Assembly (NCBI GenBank): GCA_043812495.1
Contig: JBDRMG010000029.1
Location: 1 to 49,077 of the forward strand
From: Candidatus Omnitrophota bacterium
Lineage (GTDB): Bacteria; Omnitrophota; Gorgyraeia; Zapsychrales; JBDRMG01
DNA length: 49,077 nt
Direction: 5' to 3'
Shown here: piece after piece, positions 11,242 to 19,245 of the stretch
Numbering within the stretch: position 1 is the first letter of the stretch
Layout of the letters: every line of letters starts with the position of its first letter
Program-made: the position numbers and the translations under genes
Notes under the pieces: generated by a model
Told to the model about the DNA's origin: nothing
The model's database searches: none
What the model saw: only the letters and a program-made list of their open reading frames with translations

Positions 11242-11363
11242 CCCGACGCCAGTCCGCCGCAATCTTTTTGGCGGACTGGGTCGGGATTTCCCTCGACTTC
11301 GCTCGGGACACCTTCGAGGGATCCTGAGCGCAAGTCGAAGGGCCGACCTCCAAAGGAGCGTCG
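11242..11363. repeat. Cluster of REP-like hairpins
   Basis: CCCGAC..CCAGTCCGCC/GGCGGACTGG..GTCGGG; TTCCCTCGACTTCGCTCGGGAC; TCCTGAGCGCAAGTCGAAGGG. Confidence 0.7.
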
Positions 11364-11603
11364 GAACTATGAGAATGATGGTAGTCGTAGTCGTAAGACC
11401 ACAGAGTTTCACTTGCGGAAAATAATGAATGATAGTACAATATACGACCAGTTCATTTATATTAGTATAAGTTAATAGAAAATGGACGGGGCCAGGAATC
11501 TGACAAAGGAGGGGTGACAAGACTCGCTCGCCTCGGCTTCACCGAAGTCGATGTGAGGTCAATTTTTCTAAGGAAAGAAAATAAAAAGAGAGGGAGAGAA
11601 AAG

Positions 11604-12071
11604 ATGGGTAAGAAAATATTTTTTGTTATTAGTATAATCGTAATCAGCGTTTCAAGTGTCGTTACGGCTAATTTTTCTGTTCTAACTTATAAAAAGACTT
11701 CCGCTTTAAGTCTAGTAAGTAATAAAGAAATAAGAGAACCTATTAAACCGATTGAACCCAAATGGACGCTTTCGGAATACCGCCAAGCTCATGTTCGCGC
11801 CGCAGCCTATATCAGGTTAGGGCAAAATAGTGCGGCAATAGATTCATACAAAAAAATTCTCAGCGTCAATCCCTATGATTCAGAAGCATACAAGATGCTT
11901 GCTTATATTTCTGCGCAGGATGCAACCGAGAGCAAAGATATGGCAAAATTAAGTGACGCTCTCGAATATATGGAAAAAGCTTTTGATTTAGATCCTTCCG
12001 AAATGGGAAAAAAAGACGAAAGTTTTCTAGAAAATCTGCAAAAACAATTAGGAAAAGAAGACAGGGAATAG
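11604..12071 (+). CDS. Exported or membrane-anchored TPR-repeat protein
   Basis: N-terminal hydrophobic segment; TPR-like helices (A.DSYKKILSVNP.DSEAY; ALEYMEKAFDLDP). Confidence 0.7.
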   Translation: MGKKIFFVISIIVISVSSVVTANFSVLTYKKTSALSLVSNKEIREPIKPIEPKWTLSEYRQAHVRAAAYIRLGQNSAAIDSYKKILSVNPYDSEAYKMLAYISAQDATESKDMAKLSDALEYMEKAFDLDPSEMGKKDESFLENLQKQLGKEDRE

Positions 12072-12199
12072 TATTGCATAATTGACGTTTTTTGAAACGG
12101 TTAGACACTATTTCGACACCTGAGCTAATGACGAAAAGAAATCAAAAGAGCTTGAAGGTATAAGTTTCTGGAAATTAAATATTTGTACTTCCGGGCCTA

Positions 12200-12242
12200 T
12201 TCTGCTTCGTCCGCCATTGATGCATTGGCGGACTTCGCAGAA
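12200..12242. repeat. 43 bp palindromic repeat, inverted copy at 48982-49024
   Basis: TTCTGCTTCGTCCGCCATTGATGCATTGGCGGACTTCGCAGAA; its reverse complement matches 48982-49024 at 42/43. Confidence 0.85.
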
Positions 12243-12287
12243 TTGGCCTCGGCGATTTGTCTGGATTCGTAAATTTTGGAAAACGAC

Positions 12288-12361
12288 GGGCCCATAGCTC
12301 AGTCGGTCAGAGCAGTTGACTCATAATCAATTGGTCCCAGGTTCGAGTCCTGGTGGGCCCA
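12288..12361 (+). tRNA. ileX: tRNA-Ile2 (CAT, lysidine type); CCA not encoded
   Basis: Cloverleaf GGGCCCA/TGGGCCC, anticodon arm GTTGA-CTCATAA-TCAAT, GTTCGAGTC T loop; sequence and position after rpoD resemble Ile2 more than Met. Confidence 0.85.
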
Positions 12362-12601
12362 TAAATGAGGCCACAACTTAGCGAGTCAAATGACGAGCTA
12401 AGTTGTCAGGCCGAATTTATCCCGAGTGACCATGATTTTATGTCAAGTCACGAGGGAGCGAAGCTCGTTCTGAATAGAGCGCCAACGAATACAAATTCAA
12501 CGAAAATTTTCCTGCGGAAAATTTTCGGGCCGTCAGATATCCTTTATGGAGATGCCGAGCCTCGTCAATTTTCCTCTGCTTATTTTACAGTGAAAATTGA
12601 C

Positions 12602-12678
12602 GGGCGCATAGCTCAGCTGGTTAGAGCGCTGCCCTCACATGGCAGAGGTCGAAGGTTCAAGTCCTTCTGCGCCCACCA
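12602..12678 (+). tRNA. tRNA-Val (CAC)
   Basis: GGGCGCA/TGCGCCC acceptor, CTGCC-CTCACAT-GGCAG anticodon arm, GTTCAAGTC T loop, ACCA end. Confidence 0.95.
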
Positions 12679-12680
12679 TT

Positions 12681-12893
12681 TGACTTTCCATTATGTAATT
12701 TTTTAGAAAAAGTCAAATGCGTCCCGAGCGACCGTCACAAGTAATTTTGTCGCGAGGGATGAAGATCATTGAAAAGCAAGAAGTTTTCCCTCGTCACGGA
12801 CACTTAAGCAAGAGTGACTCGGGACGTCGCCCCTCGTAATAAATACTTAGAAAAGATGACTCGGGGCTCGCAAGTCCTTCTGCGCCCACCATT
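12681..12893. mobile_element. Gene-less mini-element at the tRNA-Val 3' end, closed by a 23 bp duplication of that end
   Basis: CAAGTCCTTCTGCGCCCACCATT at 12658-12680 and 12871-12893; four hairpins between. Confidence 0.7.
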
Positions 12894-13343
12894 CCGCCTT
12901 CAATAATTCATTTTGAGGAGGAGGCGGAATGTTGTCCCGAGCAACCCTGGATAAGCTATACGTTGCGAGGGATATCACTGCAAATATGTGGTACGTGTAT
13001 ATTCTTAAATGCAAGGACGATACTTTTTATACAGGAATTTCAACGAACGTAGAAAATCGTGTCGCTAAGCACAATCAAAGTAAAGGTTCAAAATATACCA
13101 GATCAAGAAGGCCTGTAGCATTGGTTTATCAAGAAAGTTTTAGCACCAAACACCAGGCTTCTAGGCGAGAAATTGAAATTAAAAAGTTTAGCGTATTAAA
13201 CAAAGAGAGATTAATTGAATTTGGGTCTGGATTGAGGTTTCCCTCGGCTCAAGAATTTAACAAAGGAGCCTCGGGACTTCGTCCCTCGCCGCTAAAATGA
13301 ACTTTAGAGCGGCTCAGGGCTCGCAAGTCCTTCTGCGCCCATT
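12894..13343. mobile_element. GIY-YIG-carrying mini-element closed by a third copy of the tRNA-Val 3' end
   Basis: CAAGTCCTTCTGCGCCCA at 13324-13341; same hairpin order as the preceding unit. Confidence 0.7.
12986..13300 (+). CDS. Small GIY-YIG nuclease (UPF0213/YazA-like)
   Basis: WYVYILKCKDDTFYTG, R...HN, KYTR.RRP..LVY.E, A..RE..IKK; start taken at MWYVY. Confidence 0.92.
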   Translation: MWYVYILKCKDDTFYTGISTNVENRVAKHNQSKGSKYTRSRRPVALVYQESFSTKHQASRREIEIKKFSVLNKERLIEFGSGLRFPSAQEFNKGASGLRPSPLK

Positions 13344-13441
13344 CTGCTTCGCTCCAAAACTTTCGTTTGGGAGCTTCGCAGAACAAGCGAAGCAGAATGT
13401 TCTACGAAGCCAAACACGAAAGTAATTTGGCGAAGTAGAAC
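13341..13441. repeat. REP-like hairpin doublet
   Basis: CTGC-TTC-GCTCC...GGAGC-TTC-GCAG then TTCTAC-GAA-GCCAAA...TTTGGC-GAA-GTAGAA. Confidence 0.7.
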
Positions 13442-13497
13442 ACCAATAGATGTGAAAAATAAATTTCATATGACAAAACAAGTAAAGGTCAAGCATC

Positions 13498-14223
13498 GTG
13501 TCCGAAGTATCCATTAAAGATCAACTGAAAAAGCTCAAAGAATTACAAGATATCGATTCGCAGATCTATGAACATCGCGTTGAATTGAGAGAAAAACCGT
13601 TAGCCGTCGAAGAGCTTAGAAAACAGTTTGAAACAAAAAAAGCTCATTTACAGGAATGTGAAGGAAAACTCAAGACTCTTCAAGTCAATCATAAAACTCA
13701 GGAAGGTGAGCTGCAATCCAAGGAAAGCGACATCGCAAAGGCCAATAGTCAACTGCCCCAGCTGAAGACCAATAAAGAATATCAAGCCAAGACTTCCGAA
13801 ATCGAGCATCTGAAGGCCGATAAATCGATTATCGAGGAGAAAATTCTTTTGTCTTTTGACGAGATCGACGCGATCAACGCAGACATCGCCAAAGAAAAAG
13901 AGATTTTAGTCCAAGAAGAGAAAAAATATCTGGCGCAAAAAAAAGAAGTCGATGATTCTGTGCGGGAACTCCAGGACAAAGTCAAGGTTCTGGACAATAA
14001 GCGCAATCAGATTACTCCTGAGGTGGATAAGACGATTCTAAGCCGTTATGAAAGGATCCTGGCTAATAAAGACGGATTAGCTTTGGTCCCGGTCAAGAAT
14101 GAGGCCTGTGGCGGCTGTTATATGAATGTCACTCCGCAGGTGACCAATGAAATCAAGATGCATGAACATTTTATTTATTGCGGGATGTGCGCGAGGATTT
14201 TGTTTATCGAGGAGGATCTTTGA
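13498..14223 (+). CDS. Coiled-coil C4 zinc-ribbon protein (DUF164/CT398-like)
   Basis: LQDID start, long coiled coil, C-terminal CGGC...CGMCARILF. Confidence 0.88.
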   Translation: MSEVSIKDQLKKLKELQDIDSQIYEHRVELREKPLAVEELRKQFETKKAHLQECEGKLKTLQVNHKTQEGELQSKESDIAKANSQLPQLKTNKEYQAKTSEIEHLKADKSIIEEKILLSFDEIDAINADIAKEKEILVQEEKKYLAQKKEVDDSVRELQDKVKVLDNKRNQITPEVDKTILSRYERILANKDGLALVPVKNEACGGCYMNVTPQVTNEIKMHEHFIYCGMCARILFIEEDL

Positions 14224-14672
14224 GTCAAGAGTTTCAAATCTTTGTGGATGGTGGATCAAGCGGTAATCCGGGCATCGCCGCGATCGGTGTTTGCATCCGC
14301 CAAAACAAAAAAATCGTTAGAACAATTTCCCAATATATTGGCCAAGTCACCAATAATATCGCCGAATACACGGCTTGTATCTATGGATTACAAGAGGCCC
14401 TGATGCTGGGCGCACAGAACATAAAGGTCTTTACGGACAGCGAACTGCTTTATCAGCAGATTGTGGGTCGCTATAAAATCAATAATCCGAATTTGAAATT
14501 CTTACATGCGATGATTATGCATCTGTGCAAGGGATTTGAAAGAATAGAATTCAAGCAGATTCCTCGGGAAAAAAATCAGGAGGCCGACAAACTCGCCTCC
14601 GAAGCTATTAAAAATGAGCAGGCCAAGATGGTCGCTCCGATGCTCCAATTGTTTGATTCAAATAAAGAATAA
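14220..14672 (+). CDS. rnhA: Ribonuclease HI
   Basis: DGGSSGNPG, TNNIAEY, TDSEL, IPREKNQEADKLA; TTG start after GGAGGA overlapping the upstream stop. Confidence 0.9.
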   Translation: MSQEFQIFVDGGSSGNPGIAAIGVCIRQNKKIVRTISQYIGQVTNNIAEYTACIYGLQEALMLGAQNIKVFTDSELLYQQIVGRYKINNPNLKFLHAMIMHLCKGFERIEFKQIPREKNQEADKLASEAIKNEQAKMVAPMLQLFDSNKE

Positions 14673-15252
14673 ATAATTGACATCGGAGTTCCGACTTCCT
14701 TCTCAAATTTATTTTGAGGAAAAGTCGGGACCCGTTGTCCAGCATCGGGGAGGAAAGTCCGAGCTCCAAAGGATGATGCATCCTGGTAATTCAGGACGGC
14801 AACCGCAGATAACGCAAATTGTAACCGCCGATGTCGCAGATCAATATCTGTGTCATCTGCGATCGCGATATCTGCGGAATCTGCGGTTGCAGGGGTGAAA
14901 CGAGGCAATCTCTGCATGGAGCAAGGCCAAATAGGAGAAGATTCTTATCGCAAGATAAGAACGAAGTGATCCGCTTCGTTTGGATTCTCGGGTAGGCTGC
15001 AAGAGTCCGAAAAGCAATTTTCGGAGTCAGTCAAATGACCATCCATCTCGCTCCGTCTCCGTCAAACACTTAACGTGTTTGACTTCGCCGGATGAAAAGA
15101 TTCTGACAAGTTCAGAAAAAATTGAAATCCGGCGTAGCTGAACACGAAAGTGCTTCGACAAGGCTCAGCATCTTTCGAAGCATCCTGAGCAAGGTCGAAG
15201 GATATTTCAGCGAAGCCGGACGAGAGGTACAGAACTCGGCTTATTGGCCTGT
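14618..15252 (+). ncRNA. rnpB: RNase P RNA, expanded and atypical
   Basis: GAGGAAAGTCCGAGCTCC (CR-I), GGAGCAAGGCCAAATAGG, ACAGAACTCGGCTTA (CR-V); P1 GCAGGCCAA/TTGGCCTGT, P2 GATGGTC/GACCATC, P4 CCGAG/CTCGG. Confidence 0.93.
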
Positions 15253-15254
15253 AA

Positions 15255-15472
15255 ATGAGGATGCGACTTACGGAGCCCGCCATTGTTTCTGTGGCGGGCG
15301 ACGTAAGTCGCTATCCGAATTTACCCCCACACCAATTTTATGTGTGGACAAGAACAAAAAATATGGTTTAAGTATAATTCAAACGTTTTATCTGAACTCA
15401 ACACTGTTTAATAAAATTGGTGTGGGGGTTCAATTCGGCTCGCAACTTGCGTTCCGTAAGTTGCGGCCTCAT
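15255..15472. repeat. Tripartite palindromic element
   Basis: ATGAG-hairpin-CGAAT, central inverted repeat ACCCCCACACCAATTT/AAATTGGTGTGGGGGT, ATTCG-hairpin-CTCAT. Confidence 0.75.
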
Positions 15473-15488
15473 TGAAAGGGGATCGATA

Positions 15489-16238
15489 ATGTCAGGACAT
15501 TCAAAATGGGCAAGTATCAAGCACAAGAAGGCAGCAACGGATAAGAAGAGAGGGGCTGCTTTTACCAAAATCATACGCGAAATTACGGCGGCCGCAAAAG
15601 CCGGCGGAGGCAACGCAGATACAAATCCACGCCTGAGGACGGCCATGGGGCGGGCCAAGTTCATCAATATGCCTGCCAATAATGTCGACAATGCCATCAA
15701 AAAAGGAACCGGCGAATTACCCGGTGTCGTTTACGAAACAGCCATTTTAGAAGGATATGCCTCCGGTGGCGTTGCCTTGATGATCGAAGCGCTCACGGAT
15801 AATAAGAATCGAACCGTGGCCGAAATAAGAAATATATTAAGCAAGAAAAACGGCAGTCTGGCCGGCGCAGGCAGCACAGCCTGGATGTTCACGAAGAAGG
15901 GATTCATTTCGATTGATAAGAGCAAAATCAAGGAGGAAGAATTGATGGATATCGTGCTTGAGGCCGGAGCCGATGATTTGAAATCCGAAGAGGATGCTTT
16001 TGAGGTCACGTGCGATCCTTCAAGTTTTGAAGCCGTGAAAAACGCCCTTGATCAGAAAAATATCGAAACGCAATCGGCCGATTTGACCATGCTGCCCGGA
16101 TCAACCGTCAAAGTCACCGGTCCGGCGGCCAAGCAAGTGTTGGAACTCATGGAAGCTCTCGAAGAACAGGAAGACGTTCAAGCCGTTTATGCCAACTTCG
16201 ATATTCCTGACGAAGAGATCGAGCAGGCTTCCGAATAA
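15489..16238 (+). CDS. yebC: YebC/PmpR family protein
   Basis: MSGHSKWASIKHKK, NPRLR, EGY, TDNKNRT, DVQAVYANF. Confidence 0.96.
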   Translation: MSGHSKWASIKHKKAATDKKRGAAFTKIIREITAAAKAGGGNADTNPRLRTAMGRAKFINMPANNVDNAIKKGTGELPGVVYETAILEGYASGGVALMIEALTDNKNRTVAEIRNILSKKNGSLAGAGSTAWMFTKKGFISIDKSKIKEEELMDIVLEAGADDLKSEEDAFEVTCDPSSFEAVKNALDQKNIETQSADLTMLPGSTVKVTGPAAKQVLELMEALEEQEDVQAVYANFDIPDEEIEQASE

Positions 16239-16240
16239 AA

Positions 16241-16720
16241 ATGATGAAAATTCTCGGTATCGATCCCGGCTTGCAAATCACAGGATATGGCCTTATCCAG
16301 CACGACGGGCATAACGTCAAGCTTATTGAAACAGGGACCATTAACCCTAACGTAAAAGATTCGCTTGAAAACAGGATCAACAAAATTTATCTTAACCTTG
16401 AGAATTTAATTATCCAGTACCAACCGGATATTATGGTCATTGAAAAATTATATGCGCATTATCGCCATCCGGTGACGGCGAGTCTCCTGGGGCATGTCCG
16501 CGGCGTGATTTGTTTATTATGCGCGCAGCAAAATGTTAAACTTGCGGAACATAGCGTGAAGCGCATCCGTAAGGCCGTCACAGGAAGCGGCCGGGCCTCC
16601 AAAGAACAAACAAAAAAGATGGTGGCCCACACACTGGGCATCAGCCCGGATAAACTCGCGACCGATGCCAGTGATGCCCTGGCGCTCGCTTTGGGTTATA
16701 TCGGCATCAAGAGATACTAA
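16241..16720 (+). CDS. ruvC: Holliday junction resolvase
   Basis: ILGIDPG, GYG, E, GSGRASKEQ, DASDALALA. Confidence 0.95.
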   Translation: MMKILGIDPGLQITGYGLIQHDGHNVKLIETGTINPNVKDSLENRINKIYLNLENLIIQYQPDIMVIEKLYAHYRHPVTASLLGHVRGVICLLCAQQNVKLAEHSVKRIRKAVTGSGRASKEQTKKMVAHTLGISPDKLATDASDALALALGYIGIKRY

Positions 16721-16722
16721 AG

Positions 16723-17355
16723 ATGATTGTTCGCTTACACGGAAAAATTGTTGAACGCCATGACAATACACTGATCATTGACGTGCAAGGGCTCTGTTAT
16801 GAAGTGATCGTGCCCTCATCGGTCATCAACCGTATCGACGACATGATTACAAGCAACGGAAATATTCAATTGATCACCTATCATTATTTGCAGGTTGACC
16901 CGTCGCGGGCGTTTCCGACTTTGGTGGGTTTTACCAACGAGGTTGAACGGGATTTCTTTCAGCAATTTATTAAAGTCTCAGGAATCGGGCCCCGCGCGGC
17001 CGTGAAGGCCATGGATAAACCGATTTCTGAAATCGCCAGAGCCATCGACAAAGGTGATATTCATTTTCTCAAAGGTCTACCCGGTATTGGAGCGCAAAGG
17101 GCCAAGGAAATTATTGCCAAGCTTCAGGGAAAAATCGGAAAATTTGGGCTGATTCAAGATCAAGGCGCCGTTAAAGCCCCGAGCTCAACACAGGAACCGG
17201 ATTGGCAGCAAGAAGCTCTTGCGGTTTTGCTGCAGTTGCAATACAAGAAACAAGAAGCCATGGATATGATCAAAAAGGCTTTGGAGCGGTCCAAAGACAT
17301 AAAAACAACGGAAGAACTCTTAAATGAAATCTATAAACAAAAGGTGAAGATGTAA
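16723..17355 (+). CDS. ruvA: Holliday junction branch migration protein A
   Basis: IDVQGLCYEV, VSGIGPR, PGIG HhH motifs, C-terminal EA..L..L.Y domain. Confidence 0.93.
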   Translation: MIVRLHGKIVERHDNTLIIDVQGLCYEVIVPSSVINRIDDMITSNGNIQLITYHYLQVDPSRAFPTLVGFTNEVERDFFQQFIKVSGIGPRAAVKAMDKPISEIARAIDKGDIHFLKGLPGIGAQRAKEIIAKLQGKIGKFGLIQDQGAVKAPSSTQEPDWQQEALAVLLQLQYKKQEAMDMIKKALERSKDIKTTEELLNEIYKQKVKM

Positions 17356-18002
17356 TGGATGCGGCACACAATCACATCAAAGGCATTATTGAGGCTTTAT
17401 TATTTATTGGCGAAAAACCCGTCATGCTCGAACAAATCAAGGATGTCATCGAAGGGGTCAGCACAAGCGATATACGTCTGTTGATCAATGACTTGCAGCA
17501 AGAATACAAAGACCGCAAAAGCGGGATTTCGATTGTTGAGATTGCCGGCGGTTATCAGATGCTGACCAACCCCGATTATGCCATGTACATCAAGAAGTTT
17601 TACCGGACGCGCCATAAAGAGCGTTTATCCAAACCATCCTTAGAGACGATGGCGATTGTCGCCTATAAACAACCGGTCACGCGCCTAGACATCGAATTGA
17701 TTCGGGGTGTCAATTCCGACGGTGTCGTAAATCATCTTTGTGAAAAAGGACTCATCAAGATCGCCGGTCGTAAAGATATTCCCGGGCGTCCGTATCTCTA
17801 CGGAACGACAAAACAATTTTTGGAATATTTTGGTTTAAAGACATTGAGTGATTTACCCAAGCTTGAAGATTTTTCTTCCTTGCAGCCTGCGCAGGAATTA
17901 CCGGATGTTGCGTCCCAAGACCAAGAGCAACCCGAAGACCAAGGAGAGGAAAAGACCGAACCAACAATGCCACCTGAAGAGGCAACCAAGGAAAGCAGTT
18001 AA
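17355..18002 (+). CDS. scpB: SMC-Scp complex subunit ScpB
   Basis: IEALLF, LS..SLET.AIVAYKQPVTR, IRGV, GRP.LYGTT..FL.YFGL. Confidence 0.96.
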   Translation: MDAAHNHIKGIIEALLFIGEKPVMLEQIKDVIEGVSTSDIRLLINDLQQEYKDRKSGISIVEIAGGYQMLTNPDYAMYIKKFYRTRHKERLSKPSLETMAIVAYKQPVTRLDIELIRGVNSDGVVNHLCEKGLIKIAGRKDIPGRPYLYGTTKQFLEYFGLKTLSDLPKLEDFSSLQPAQELPDVASQDQEQPEDQGEEKTEPTMPPEEATKESS

Positions 18003-18031
18003 AAATTTCCCAAAACCAATAAGGAGATGGG

Positions 18032-19090
18032 ATGATGAATTTAAAAAAATACAGAAATAAGATTGATACTCTCGATGAGAAAATTGTGAGCCTTCTCAAT
18101 GAGCGGGCGGCGGCCAGTCAGAAAATCGGACAGGAAAAATTGAAGAATAAGAAAAATATCTATGCGCCCGAGCGCGAAAAAGAGGTCCTCAACAAAATCA
18201 AAAGACTCAATCAGGGTCCAATGAAACCGACGGCCTTTGAAGCGATTTACCGGGAAATCATGTCGAGCTGCATCGCTTTGGAAAAGCCTTTGAATATCGC
18301 CAATCTCGGCAGCCGGGGCTCGTTCACTTCGATCGCGGCCCGCCAGAAATTCGGCAATCAAATCAGTTATATTTCCTGCAGCAGCATCCCTGAGGTTTTC
18401 GAGAAAGTCGAGCAGGGAGATTGCGATTACGGCGTGGTGCCCATCGAGAATTCGACAGAAGGCGCGGTGACGCCGACCTTTGATCTTTTGGTGGATTCGG
18501 AATTAAAGATCTGTTCGCAAGTGATGGTGCGTGTCAGCCACTGCTTGTGTTCGCACGCCTCGCTCAACAGAATAAGAAAGATTTATTCGAATCCGCAGGT
18601 TTTCGGTCAGTGCCGTCATTGGCTGCAGACGCATCTCGCGCAAGTCGGGCAAATCTGGGTGCCGTCCACAACGCTCGCTGCGCAAATGGCCGGTAAAGAA
18701 AAAAATGCCGCGGCCATTTGTTCGCAAGAAGCCGCGGATCTTTATAAGTTAAAGGTCGTCAAGAAAAACATCCAGGATATTGCGCACAACGCAACGCGGT
18801 TCTTGATTATCGGCCCGGAAGACGCCTCCGCGACAGGCAAGGACCGGACGTCCCTTGTTTTTTCCATCAAAGATAAGGTGGGCGCCCTGCACGATATGCT
18901 GATGCCGTTTTACCGCAATAAGATCAATCTGACAAAAATCGAATCGCGTCCATCGAAGAAAAAAGCCTGGGATTACTACTTCTTCGTTGATTTAGACGGG
19001 CACAGGTGTGATCAAAAAGTGAAAAAGGCGCTGGATGAACTTGAGGGAAGATGTAAGTATTTAAAGATCCTCGGTTCTTATCCGGCGTAA
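18032..19090 (+). CDS. pheA: Chorismate mutase/prephenate dehydratase
   Basis: AroQ domain, VPIENSTEG, N.TRF, ACT domain with IESRP. Confidence 0.96.
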   Translation: MMNLKKYRNKIDTLDEKIVSLLNERAAASQKIGQEKLKNKKNIYAPEREKEVLNKIKRLNQGPMKPTAFEAIYREIMSSCIALEKPLNIANLGSRGSFTSIAARQKFGNQISYISCSSIPEVFEKVEQGDCDYGVVPIENSTEGAVTPTFDLLVDSELKICSQVMVRVSHCLCSHASLNRIRKIYSNPQVFGQCRHWLQTHLAQVGQIWVPSTTLAAQMAGKEKNAAAICSQEAADLYKLKVVKKNIQDIAHNATRFLIIGPEDASATGKDRTSLVFSIKDKVGALHDMLMPFYRNKINLTKIESRPSKKKAWDYYFFVDLDGHRCDQKVKKALDELEGRCKYLKILGSYPA

Positions 19091-19127
19091 ATGAATGAAG
19101 GAAATAGTATAATTGTCTATGTCTTGT

Positions 19128-19241
19128 CCCAGCACTAATTTTGAATCACTCATAACGTACAAAATTAGCGCTGGGTTAATTCGGCCTCGCACTTATGTTC
19201 TCCGCCATAATTCGTGGCGGATCCATAAGTACGGGCCTCAT
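19128..19241. repeat. Partial tripartite element (central repeat plus right hairpin)
   Basis: CCCAGCACTAATTTT/AAAATTAGCGCTGGG followed by ATTCG...CTCAT. Confidence 0.7.
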
Positions 19242-19245
19242 TGAA

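Noticed and set aside
12288..12361. tRNA-Met assignment
   Set aside because: It lacks the initiator features (C1 mismatch, three G-C anticodon pairs) and resembles Ile2; elongator Met is not fully excluded.
12365..12706. 113 aa ORF
   Set aside because: Runs through palindromic repeats and tRNA-Val.
12681..13343. Prophage or integrase island at tRNA-Val
   Set aside because: The units are only 190 and 430 bp with no integrase or phage genes; reported as mini-elements instead.
14677..15475. ORFs at 14677-14898, 15062-15283 and 15122-15475
   Set aside because: They overlap rnpB and repeat elements and show no protein motifs.
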